DNA of 42,004 nt. It comes from Chthoniobacteraceae bacterium (lineage in GTDB: Bacteria > Verrucomicrobiota > Verrucomicrobiia > Chthoniobacterales > Chthoniobacteraceae). Shown here piece by piece: positions 18,523 to 27,230 of the stretch. The notes under the pieces were generated by a model. The model had not been told where the DNA came from, searched no databases, and was given only the letters and a program-made list of their open reading frames with translations. A program made the position numbers and the translations under genes. Within the stretch, counting starts at the first letter, position 1; each line of letters begins with the position of its first letter. Location of the stretch: positions 1-42,004 of the forward strand of contig JBBCKI010000043.1 in the NCBI GenBank assembly GCA_037190965.1, read 5' to 3'.

Positions 18523-20126
18523 TTCTTGAGTTCCGTTCTTGGCCTCGCTACGTTATGTAGTTGGGGGTAGGCGTTTTTCATTGCCAATTCAAACCTTTCT
18601 TCATCATCGCGGCGAGTTCTAATGGCGATCTCCAGAAGCTCTTTTTCTTCTGGAAACTCTTTTAGCAATCCAATAAATTGGTCAGATTTTCGATATCCCG
18701 ACAGGGATAAGTCCCTATCGATGGAATGAAAGCGAATATTGAAGATTTGTCTTCGGTTCTTTATCTGCGGGAGGAGATTGAGTGCCTTCTCATGGTCGCC
18801 CAGCTTGAAGATATAGAAAAGTCCCAGCGCTTGACACGCGTCTCCTTTGCTTCCCTCATCTTTGGCCTTGGTGACGGCATCTAACAATTTCTCTTCTTCG
18901 ACCGCCAGTGCTGCTAGGATATCCTTGCCCATTGGGCGTGTAATGGTTTTCCCTGTGAATTGTCCGTCCTTTGAGAAACTATAGACGGTGGAAAAACCTT
19001 TTTCATCAACTTCTCGGATTAACCTTCCCGCTTCATCGTAGGAAGCCTTATAGATTGTTTTCTCGACGCCGTCTTTCTCCTGATCAACTTTCTGAACTTT
19101 TTCATACAATGGCCCTGGTTCAGGAAATGTGTAGACGACCGTTTTTACACCGTTTGTATCTGTCCTGCTATGGATTCCCAGCACCTTGTCTACGTAGACA
19201 CTCTCCCTCTTTCCTGCGGAATCAATCCGCGAAATGGCGGGAAGCGCGAATTTATCGGCAATAGCTCCTACTTCATATTTCCAACCATCTTGAGTGCGAA
19301 TATGGCCGGTGGTGGCGTCCCAAGTGTAAGTTGTATTGGCTCTTTCTCTGTCCGTAAACACAAGCTTAGGAGCATGTTCCTCCGTCAATGAAAAATCGAA
19401 GTTTTCCACCGTCTTATCGGCAAAAGTCAGACCGACGAGGCATTCATCAAAGCCCTCCACGATAGTCTGTTTCTGAACTACGCTAACATGAGGTCGTTTG
19501 CCCAAAGTTGCGACATGACTGCGGAGATTCGAAAAGAATGTAACTTTGTCACCTTTGACTTCGACCTTTAAAATAGGTTTTGTTCCTTCATAGATCGCTG
19601 AGGGCTGGGTGCCATTGAAGATCCATTTCAACTTTCGTCCGTTATCCGTCGTCAAGGATACAAGTCTTCCACTGAAAAATTCCAATGCCCAACCATCGTC
19701 CCTGGTTATTGTGAAAGCCTGCTCCGTTAGTGTTCCGGTCCACTGGTGATCCAAAGTGCGGAACTTGTTTCGTTCCTTCGGGATCTGGCGCAAGTAAAGT
19801 GCCTTGCCACACGGGAGATTGGCTTTGATCATGTCGGGGCGAATGCGTAGTGCGTGCGCCTCAATCAATGGGCACCAGAACCCTTCACCGAAGATGCCTC
19901 TGACGCCTTTTTCGCTCGAGAACTTTATACGCAAAGGCAATCTCATTCCTTCGCCCAAGTCAATCTGGTCTACTTCCCTCCATATTTCCAAGTTTCCCTG
20001 ATAATTGGCGGCACCTATTCCATTTGCAGGCGCTGATAGATCAACAGGACGGGAATATGCACCGCCTCCTCCAAGCAGCAACGCTCCGCAAAATAGAATG
20101 GCGGAGAGCCGTTGAATTGACTTCAT
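18519..20126 (-). CDS. Signal-peptide YD/Rhs-repeat-like protein lacking an Rhs core/toxin tip
   Basis: Sec signal; Rhs N-terminal-like GNL..EVDQIDLGEGMRLPLRIKFSS..GIFGEGF; YD-like repeats YTWDATTGHI and YDEAGRLIREVDEKG; helical C-terminus; ATGA overlap with the next gene. Confidence 0.7.
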   Translation of the reverse strand: MKSIQRLSAILFCGALLLGGGGAYSRPVDLSAPANGIGAANYQGNLEIWREVDQIDLGEGMRLPLRIKFSSEKGVRGIFGEGFWCPLIEAHALRIRPDMIKANLPCGKALYLRQIPKERNKFRTLDHQWTGTLTEQAFTITRDDGWALEFFSGRLVSLTTDNGRKLKWIFNGTQPSAIYEGTKPILKVEVKGDKVTFFSNLRSHVATLGKRPHVSVVQKQTIVEGFDECLVGLTFADKTVENFDFSLTEEHAPKLVFTDRERANTTYTWDATTGHIRTQDGWKYEVGAIADKFALPAISRIDSAGKRESVYVDKVLGIHSRTDTNGVKTVVYTFPEPGPLYEKVQKVDQEKDGVEKTIYKASYDEAGRLIREVDEKGFSTVYSFSKDGQFTGKTITRPMGKDILAALAVEEEKLLDAVTKAKDEGSKGDACQALGLFYIFKLGDHEKALNLLPQIKNRRQIFNIRFHSIDRDLSLSGYRKSDQFIGLLKEFPEEKELLEIAIRTRRDDEERFELAMKNAYPQLHNVARPRTELKK

Positions 20127-20317
20127 TGTATTTACTCGAAGAAGTCAGTATTAGGCGGCGGCGTGCCTGTGTCACATGCTGCTTTAACGGATTGAGTCGA
20201 AGCGACCATTCCTAGGATCCCGGCTAGCAAAATCATCCAAATTTTTCTCATTTTCACTTCCATTGACATCTCTTCCGTAGAGTTTCAAACCGTTTTCATA
20301 GTGTCAAACATTATTTT

Positions 20318-21661
20318 TCACTCATGTTTTTCCCGAAAGATTAATGTTGCCCAGGATGGGCAATAGTCAGTCGTGCCTGGGAGTTCGGTTAGGGAAGTAG
20401 TGACCTTCCGCCACGCGAAGATTGCAGGAGATTGCGAGAACTCCCCAAAAAACACATGGACCTTCTCGGGCTCTGGAACCCCCAGTTCCCCTGGCGAGAA
20501 TGCGGGATTGATCAAATGCAGACGACCCCCGTTTTGAATTCGCTTTTTAAGATACCCCAATTCTCTTCCCGTGCCTCCGGCAACAACGATCATTGCTTCC
20601 TGGTGGGGGAGGTTGCTTGCGGAGCTTACAAATCCGATTGGCTCCGCATCAATGATGTGTTCATTCAGTGATCTGCGGATATCCTTCCCGTAATCTCTTC
20701 CCATAACATCATGATCGGGGAGAACCCAGATCTTTGGAGATCTAGCACCGATTGTCAGACGTCCGTTGGCAAAATGGATGTGGTCGGCAAGCGTGGGACT
20801 TGGGCGGTCGAGGATCCCTACGAAAAGGATACCCGCTAAAACTGTCCCGGAGATAGCCGCAATTCCAGCACTGGTTCTCCATCCTGGCCAAGTCTGGTTT
20901 CGAATGTGCGATACGATTGCCAGAAGCAGGAGAAGGCCCGGCATTCCCCATAGCCATGTCGATTCCGCCACGGAGCTGAAAGCGGCAGCGACGCTAAACG
21001 TGATCCAAACGCCTGTGATAACCGAAAACCATCGTCTATTGCCTCTGGGCCAGCAAAGAGCGAAGACTCCGGTCCACCCAAACAGGTACCAAAATCGCCC
21101 CCACCAACCAAGCTCCACCAGCCACGTCAGATGGCTGCTCACCAGCGTCCGGTAGCCTTCGGTCCGTTCTGTCGGTTGATACCACTGCATGTAAGCGTTG
21201 CCCGAATTGCCAAGTCCCCAGCCCCCAGGTGCATCCACCATCATCTTGGGCACTTTCTTCCAGATGAGGAGGCGATTGGATATTGAGGCATCAGGTTCGG
21301 AAATGCCTTTGGTAAATCGATCACTTCTTTCAATCGACACCGCGGCTGCTATTAGGGCGAGTAGAACTGCCACGACAGCGATCACTCTCCCTCTGGGCCA
21401 AGGTCGAGGACTAAAAGCGAACAGTGGGATCGAACCCGCCAAAAGCGCCACCACGCCTCCACGCGAGAGCGTGAGAAGAAGGCAAAAGCCCAAACCACCG
21501 AAAGCTGCGAGGCTGAGCCAGAAGCCTTTGCGCCAGATGAACGCAATCACCCAGACCGCGATCATCAACGTTGCGATCAATGCCGCTGTTTTGTTGGGAT
21601 TTCCCAGGCCCCAATCCAAACGTGATCCTAGTGTGAGAATGGCTAAGGTTTCGAAATTCAT
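20318..21661 (-). CDS. O-antigen ligase-like (Wzy_C) polytopic membrane protein
   Basis: Multiple TM helices, GNPN, LLLTLSRGG, RLLIWK...PGGWGLG...HLTWLVELGWWG; soluble C-terminal tail. Confidence 0.8.
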   Translation of the reverse strand: MNFETLAILTLGSRLDWGLGNPNKTAALIATLMIAVWVIAFIWRKGFWLSLAAFGGLGFCLLLTLSRGGVVALLAGSIPLFAFSPRPWPRGRVIAVVAVLLALIAAAVSIERSDRFTKGISEPDASISNRLLIWKKVPKMMVDAPGGWGLGNSGNAYMQWYQPTERTEGYRTLVSSHLTWLVELGWWGRFWYLFGWTGVFALCWPRGNRRWFSVITGVWITFSVAAAFSSVAESTWLWGMPGLLLLLAIVSHIRNQTWPGWRTSAGIAAISGTVLAGILFVGILDRPSPTLADHIHFANGRLTIGARSPKIWVLPDHDVMGRDYGKDIRRSLNEHIIDAEPIGFVSSASNLPHQEAMIVVAGGTGRELGYLKKRIQNGGRLHLINPAFSPGELGVPEPEKVHVFFGEFSQSPAIFAWRKVTTSLTELPGTTDYCPSWATLIFREKHE

Positions 21662-21662
21662 T

Positions 21663-23558
21663 TCAACGGTTGGGTGCAGGACGACCGCTCCATGCCTTCA
21701 CAAAGTCGGCAGTCGGCAGAGGAACCCTGTTCGCTGATGGTATTTCGTTGGATGCAGTGGAGGGCACAACCTTATAGGTGGTATAATCGCCGACCCACGG
21801 AGCCGCGTTCAATTCCTCCAAGGCGACATCCGACGGTTTCTCCAAGTTCCTCTCATGCATTTTGTCTCGGATGGACAAGGCATAGGTGAAGAAACCCTCG
21901 CGAAGTTGACTGATTTCGAGGTTGTCGTCGTGTCCCAGGCCCTTTGACGCTTTGAAGAGAACGGGGTAGTTCAGCTTGCGGCATTCGTCGTAGAATCTGC
22001 TGGCATCCCCGTTTCTGTAACCCACCTCCCGTTCTCCGGTGCTGATCAACCATAGTAGACGGGCAGCTTCCGGTGTGGGTTTATCAAATGTACTGGCAAC
22101 GTGGAATTGGACGGCAATGAAACGCTCTGGTTTGCGCAACGCGAGGCGGTGAGCCCATTGGGCTCCCCTGGAAATGCCGAACATAAAATAGCCGGTATTT
22201 GGTATTCCTGTTTCTTTAGCGAGAGCGTCGACACCTGCTTCCCAAGCCGATGCCATGGCTTCGAAATTGGCTTCTCTGTCTTCCTCCTCTTTTGCTTCGT
22301 AGTAGCTTGGCTTCAGGCTCCATACCTGAGCGGTTTCCCAAGTCAGTACCGCAAAGTTGTTTCTTTCCGCGAAGGCGATGAGTTGGGATATGAGATCTTT
22401 CAAGCCTGCGGTGTTTCCAATTTCGATCTTTTGGAAGGCGTCTGGTTGAAGTTTTTTAAGAATCTGCTCCCGTTTCCCCTCCCAACTGCAAAATGCAAAA
22501 ACACCATCGACTTCGCCTCCGCCTTTACCGGGTGGCATCCGAAGGAAGAATCTCAATTCGGGTTGAAGTGGGTTATTCGTTAGGACTGAACGTTCGATGA
22601 CTGGCGGCAGTTCATCTTCTGGATCGACTTTCTGAGGGCCGATCATGGTTTCCCAAGGTCCTTGCAAGGATGGATTTGGAAGCCACACCACTTCAGTGGG
22701 ATTGCTCATCAACTCTGTGGCGGCCTTCTTTTTGTTTCGGAGAGCGATCCAAATGGGGGAGGTCTTGGGATTGTCGTTCAAGGTGGAGGTGAAAAATTCT
22801 CGAGCGAAGGCCCCCATCTTTTCCTTTCGACGCTTGAGAGGTGTCGTCACTTTCATCTCAAGTAGAGGCTTCTCCAGCTTGCGGCCCGCTTTGAAGTACC
22901 AGTTCCCCCCGAACTCATCTTTTGAGGATTCATCCTCTGCATCAAATGCCACGATGCCGGGGAGGAGAACCTTTGATCTGACCGGTTTTTCGAACCATTG
23001 GTTGGTAAAGGCCCCCCATGCTTTTACGCGCTCCGGACGCCAGTTTACGAAGCTTGCCGCGAAGGTTCCTCCCCGAGATTCGCCGTAGAGGAGCAGGGGA
23101 CAGCTTTGGCCATAATAGTAGTCAACACAGGCCAGTAGCCATTCTCCTATCCACTCGTCGGCGCGGTAGCCGTGCTTGATCTTATCTGCCTTCCGATCAT
23201 GAGCAAAAGTCAACACCACAAGCCCAAGTTGCTGAGCCTCGGCAAACGCCTTCCATTCCGTCCCTTTGGTTAGTTTTTCCAAGGCGACAAGCCCTGCGGC
23301 ATTGGCGCATAATACTAGGACGGCGCGAGGATTCTCGACGGCGTTGCAGATATGAACTTCAACCTGCTGTAACGGCGGTTTTCCATCCTTCAAAGGAGGA
23401 AGGAGCTTCTGCACCTTAAAGTCTGATGAGGGAGGGGATGCGTTGCCTGGTGATGGAGATGTGTTCTGCGCAGGAAGAGAGCCGATCAAAATGCAAAAAG
23501 CCGCCATCACAGTCGTGACTTTTCGCAGCCGCGCGCGGTGGAATTGAATCGCTTTCAT
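21663..23558 (-). CDS. Exported protein with two tandem alpha/beta-hydrolase-like domains
   Basis: Two nucleophile elbows YGESRGG and FGISRGA, each followed by xxxPER; GLGH near the end; start placed at MKAIQF (23558), which gives a signal-like N-terminus. Confidence 0.7.
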   Translation of the reverse strand: MKAIQFHRARLRKVTTVMAAFCILIGSLPAQNTSPSPGNASPPSSDFKVQKLLPPLKDGKPPLQQVEVHICNAVENPRAVLVLCANAAGLVALEKLTKGTEWKAFAEAQQLGLVVLTFAHDRKADKIKHGYRADEWIGEWLLACVDYYYGQSCPLLLYGESRGGTFAASFVNWRPERVKAWGAFTNQWFEKPVRSKVLLPGIVAFDAEDESSKDEFGGNWYFKAGRKLEKPLLEMKVTTPLKRRKEKMGAFAREFFTSTLNDNPKTSPIWIALRNKKKAATELMSNPTEVVWLPNPSLQGPWETMIGPQKVDPEDELPPVIERSVLTNNPLQPELRFFLRMPPGKGGGEVDGVFAFCSWEGKREQILKKLQPDAFQKIEIGNTAGLKDLISQLIAFAERNNFAVLTWETAQVWSLKPSYYEAKEEEDREANFEAMASAWEAGVDALAKETGIPNTGYFMFGISRGAQWAHRLALRKPERFIAVQFHVASTFDKPTPEAARLLWLISTGEREVGYRNGDASRFYDECRKLNYPVLFKASKGLGHDDNLEISQLREGFFTYALSIRDKMHERNLEKPSDVALEELNAAPWVGDYTTYKVVPSTASNEIPSANRVPLPTADFVKAWSGRPAPNR

Positions 23559-23927
23559 TAAAGCTGAAAGCGCTTCAACGATTTTAGGGCCCTTTGAGGT
23601 GCCTGATCCCCAGGCCCTCCTGATAAATCTATAAAAGTGAACATCCATTCTGTGAAACGATCCCAGATTCCAAGCCATCCGGGCTTCAAAAAGCTATTGT
23701 TTCACTCTTTTTTGAACGAAGTATATGGCTATGGCAAGGCTTACGATCACATGGCATGCCAGTTGACGAGATCATATATGGAAATCCGAAAAGCTCTCCA
23801 ATTTCTCAATGAAGGTGGCAGCCTAGGTTGCATAATCCCGAACTCCGAAGTTGGAGTCCTCACCCGTCACCGCTTTTCGGCTCAGAAAATGCTTTTACGC
23901 GCTCGCGAGTGAATTAACCTCCCGGCT

Positions 23928-24413
23928 GTGCGGCTTCTCTCCCTTCTTTTCATCCTGATTTCCCTGACCGGTTGCGCCACCCGGCGGTTGCCTCCTTATG
24001 AGCGACCGCTTCGGCGCGCAGAGTTCCAGACGGTCCGGACAACGGCGTACACTCACTCTGAGAAGGATCACAGGAAGTGGGGGCGCAACTCCGCGATGGG
24101 GACGCCGTTGCGGTATGACTCGGTTCGCAGCGCGGCGGCGGACTGGGCGCGCTGGCCTGCCGGAACCCGGTTCCGGATCGTGGAGACGGGAGAGATTTGC
24201 GTCGTGGACGACTACGGCTGGGCTCTTGCGGGGACCAATACCATCGATCTCTACAAACCGAGCAAGAAGGAGATGAACCGGTGGGGTGTTCGTCGCGTCC
24301 GCATTCAGATTCTCCACTGGGGCGATCACAGGGCCAGTTACCGGCGGCTCAAACCGGCCGCGAAGCATAAGCACGTGAAGCGGATGCTCAAGGAAATCAA
24401 AGAGTTTTACTGA
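23928..24413 (+). CDS. 3D-domain lipoprotein
   Basis: Lipobox LTGC; RTTAYT, SAAADW, VVDDYGWALAGTNTIDLY. Confidence 0.85.
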   Translation: MRLLSLLFILISLTGCATRRLPPYERPLRRAEFQTVRTTAYTHSEKDHRKWGRNSAMGTPLRYDSVRSAAADWARWPAGTRFRIVETGEICVVDDYGWALAGTNTIDLYKPSKKEMNRWGVRRVRIQILHWGDHRASYRRLKPAAKHKHVKRMLKEIKEFY

Positions 24414-24420
24414 TACTTAA

Positions 24421-25560
24421 ATGTTCGAACTTCTCACTACCGACCCTTCTTCCAAAGCCCGGCGCGGGCGTCTCACGACGCGGCGCGGGGTGATCGAAAC
24501 CCCCATCTTCATGCCCGTAGGCACGCAGGGGACCGTGAAGGCGGTCAGCCCTCGGGAACTGCGGGAGATGAAAGCGCAGATCATCCTTGGTAATACTTAC
24601 CACCTTTTTGTCCGCCCGGGGATGCATGTCATGCGGCACTTCGAAGGGCTGCACCGCTTCATGGGCTGGGAAGGGCCGATCCTGACCGACAGCGGCGGGT
24701 TTCAGGTTTTTTCTTTGGCGAAACTTCGCAAGATCACGGAGGAGGGGGTTCATTTTCAGAATCACCTCGATGGCAGCCCCTGTTTCATCGGGCCGGAGAC
24801 GGCGATGGATATCCAGGCGACGCTCGGCTCCGACATTGCCATGGCGTTCGACGAATGCCCGCCATATCCGTGTGAGTACGACTATGCCGCGCAGAGCCTG
24901 GAGAGAACGCTCCGCTGGGCGCAGCGATGCCGGGACTGGGCGTTGCGACGCGACGAGGCAGGGGAGCGGCGCGGGGCGGTCTTCGGCATCGTGCAGGGGG
25001 CGACATTCGCCCCGTTGCGGCGCGCCAGCGCGGAGGCCCTCGTCGCAATGGATTTCGAGGGGTACGCCGTTGGCGGCGTCAGTGTCGGCGAGCCGGAGGT
25101 GGAGATGATGGCCGCCGTGGAAGCGAGCGAGCCGTATCTTCCTGCCAATAAGCCGCGTTACGCCATGGGACTGGGAACGCCGCCGCAGATGCTGGAGATG
25201 ATCGCGCGCGGTATCGATATGTTCGATTGCGTCCTGCCAACGCGCATCGCGCGGAATGGAACGGCATTCACCGCCACCGGGACGATCAATCTCAAGAACG
25301 CCCCGTTTACCATGGATAAGGGACCGATCGAGGAAGGGTGTGGCTGCCCTGCATGCGCTGAGTTCTCACGCGGTTACATTCGGCATCTCATCAAGGCCGA
25401 GGAGATTCTCGGGCTTCGGCTGGTGACGCTGCATAACCTCCATTTTTACCTTAACCTGATGAACCGCGCGCGCGCTGCCATAGAAACGGGAACGTTTTCA
25501 AGTTTCCGCCGCGAATTCGTCGCGAACTATCGGGTTTGGGAGAAGGGCGAAGCGCCATAG
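24421..25560 (+). CDS. tgt: tRNA-guanine transglycosylase
   Basis: TPIFMPVGT, LGNTYHL, TDSGGFQVFSL, FGIVQG, PRYAMGLG, GIDMFDCV, zinc site CGCPAC..HN. Confidence 0.97.
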   Translation: MFELLTTDPSSKARRGRLTTRRGVIETPIFMPVGTQGTVKAVSPRELREMKAQIILGNTYHLFVRPGMHVMRHFEGLHRFMGWEGPILTDSGGFQVFSLAKLRKITEEGVHFQNHLDGSPCFIGPETAMDIQATLGSDIAMAFDECPPYPCEYDYAAQSLERTLRWAQRCRDWALRRDEAGERRGAVFGIVQGATFAPLRRASAEALVAMDFEGYAVGGVSVGEPEVEMMAAVEASEPYLPANKPRYAMGLGTPPQMLEMIARGIDMFDCVLPTRIARNGTAFTATGTINLKNAPFTMDKGPIEEGCGCPACAEFSRGYIRHLIKAEEILGLRLVTLHNLHFYLNLMNRARAAIETGTFSSFRREFVANYRVWEKGEAP

Positions 25561-25867
25561 AGCAAAAAACCGAACTATTGCGATTGCTTCGAAGGTGGGA
25601 AAAGTTTACAGCCTATCATTAATGCCTTCTTATTTTTGATAATCACAGATTAAGGATCCGCCCGGGCTTGTTTGAGCTTTTGGCAAATTAAGCCCTGGCG
25701 AGCGGTTTTACCCCTTGTCGCAATTCTGAGACGAAACGAAAGACACTGATGCCATTTTGGCACAAGTGGCTCAGGTAGCGCTTTCCCCAAGGGGGATTTT
25801 ATGCTTTACGAATCGTCTTGTATCGTGTCTAACCTGCTCGCCCACAACCGATAACAACATCCCAGCA

Positions 25868-26059
25868 ATGAGCAGCAAATATACCGCTTTCCGATGCCCT
25901 GAAGACTTGCTTGAAAAAGCCAAGCTTCGGGCGAAACGGGATCGCCGCTCTCTTAGTAACTATCTTATCACGCTGATCGACAAGGACGTCGCTGGCATGG
26001 ACGACGTTGCTCAAGAGGAAGGTGGCGAATCGCGTGAGAAACAAGAGTTGAACAAATAA
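25868..26059 (+). CDS. Small ribbon-helix-helix (Arc/CopG-like) DNA-binding protein
   Basis: MSSKYTAFRCPEDLLEKAKLRAKRDRRSLSNYLITLI: beta strand, then helix, then RSLSN helix; start placed at ATG 25868. Confidence 0.75.
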   Translation: MSSKYTAFRCPEDLLEKAKLRAKRDRRSLSNYLITLIDKDVAGMDDVAQEEGGESREKQELNK

Positions 26060-26117
26060 ACAATCTTTGCCCAGGCTCGGGCTTGTTTAGTTGTTTAACG
26101 AAGGAGTTAACTCAGTC

Positions 26118-26153
26118 GCCAGCCGCCCCCCAGGGCGGCTGGCTGTTTTTTTT
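26118..26153 (+). terminator. Rho-independent terminator
   Basis: 11-bp stem GCCAGCCGCCC/GGGCGGCTGGC followed by TGTTTTTTTT. Confidence 0.85.
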
Positions 26154-26223
26154 GTGTCGGGCACTCATCGTTTTGCTTTTTAGGCTTGCCGCAACGGCAT
26201 CCCCCCGGCCATGAAGAGGGCCG

Positions 26224-26976
26224 ATGAATATCTTGATTCTCGCCGCAGGGTACGCCACGCGCCTTTATCCGCTCACCTTGAACAAAGCCAAGCCGCTCCT
26301 GGAAGTGGCGGGCAAGCCGATGATCGAATGGGTACTCGATAATCTCGCCCCGGTTCCGGGGATCGACAGCGTTTACGTGGTCACCAACAACAAGTTTGCC
26401 GCCGATTTCCAGACCTGGGCTGATGACTACGGTCAGCGCCAACCGAAGCTGAAGTTCAAGATCATCAACGACAACTCGATGAGCGACGCCGACAAGCTCG
26501 GGGCCATCGGGGACATCAATCTTGTGGTGGCTCGGGAGAACCTGGGGAATTCCGACCTCGTCGTCGTGGCCGGGGATAACCTCTTCAGCGAATCACTGGA
26601 AGGGTTCGCGGAGTTTGCCAAAGGCAAGCAAGCCGTCCTCGCCACCTACGACGTGAAGGATCTTGAGGCGATCAAAAAGTACAACTCCATCGAAACCAAT
26701 GGAGAGGGCATCATCACTCATTTCGAGGAGAAGCCCGCGGAGCCGAAGACGACTAACACCGGGATCGCCCTCTACTATTTTTCCAAGGAAGTGGTCGGCC
26801 TCTTTGCGACTTATATTGCCGCGGGAAACAACCCCGACCAACCGGGCCGTTTCATCCAGTGGCTCTACACCCGCATCCCTGTGCACACCTACAGTGTTCC
26901 GGGCATCTGGTTTGATATCGGTAGCAAAGAGACGCTCGAAGAAGCCAATGAGATCTTTGCTGCGGTGAAGAAGTAG
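26224..26976 (+). CDS. Sugar-phosphate nucleotidyltransferase family protein
   Basis: ILAAGYATRLYPLT..KPLL, VAGDNLF, FEEKP, WFDIG. Confidence 0.92.
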   Translation: MNILILAAGYATRLYPLTLNKAKPLLEVAGKPMIEWVLDNLAPVPGIDSVYVVTNNKFAADFQTWADDYGQRQPKLKFKIINDNSMSDADKLGAIGDINLVVARENLGNSDLVVVAGDNLFSESLEGFAEFAKGKQAVLATYDVKDLEAIKKYNSIETNGEGIITHFEEKPAEPKTTNTGIALYYFSKEVVGLFATYIAAGNNPDQPGRFIQWLYTRIPVHTYSVPGIWFDIGSKETLEEANEIFAAVKK

Positions 26977-26999
26977 TCTTCCTGATCCTTGATCAATTT

Positions 27000-27034
27000 A
27001 AAAAAGGGGCCGCATTACGCGACCCCTTTTTTTT
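27000..27034. terminator. Bidirectional Rho-independent terminator
   Basis: AAAAAAGGGG-CCGCATTACGCGA-CCCCTTTTTTTT between convergent genes. Confidence 0.8.
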
Positions 27035-27045
27035 GTGGAGAGAAA

Positions 27046-27197
27046 TTGGTGCGGTAGCGCCGGTAGCCCGCTCGCGCCGTATCGACGCCCGCGGCTTCAT
27101 GAGAGTCGCATCCCAACACCAGTAGTCCTTCCTGCGGGGGATGGGCGTAAAACGCGATTCCTCACCAATCCCGCGCTCTCGGCGAGAGCGTGCTAGC
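27046..27197 (+). repeat. REP-doublet dispersed repeat, copy 2 (degenerate arms)
   Basis: GGTAGCCCGCTCGCGCCG ... CCTGCGGGGGATG ... AAACGCGA ... ATCCCGCGCTCTCGGCGAGAGCGTGCTAGC; homologous to copies 1 and 3. Confidence 0.8.
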
Positions 27198-27230
27198 TCA
27201 GAGCCCAAATCGAACGAACTGAATAGCGCC

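Noticed and set aside
17344..24413. Island 3D protein as a duplicate of the neighbouring 3D lipoprotein
   Set aside because: They share only the generic motif; architecture and base composition differ
25662..26088. CGGGCTTGTTT occurring on both sides of the RHH gene
   Set aside because: Only 11 nt; may be chance, and there is no other sign of an insertion or target duplication
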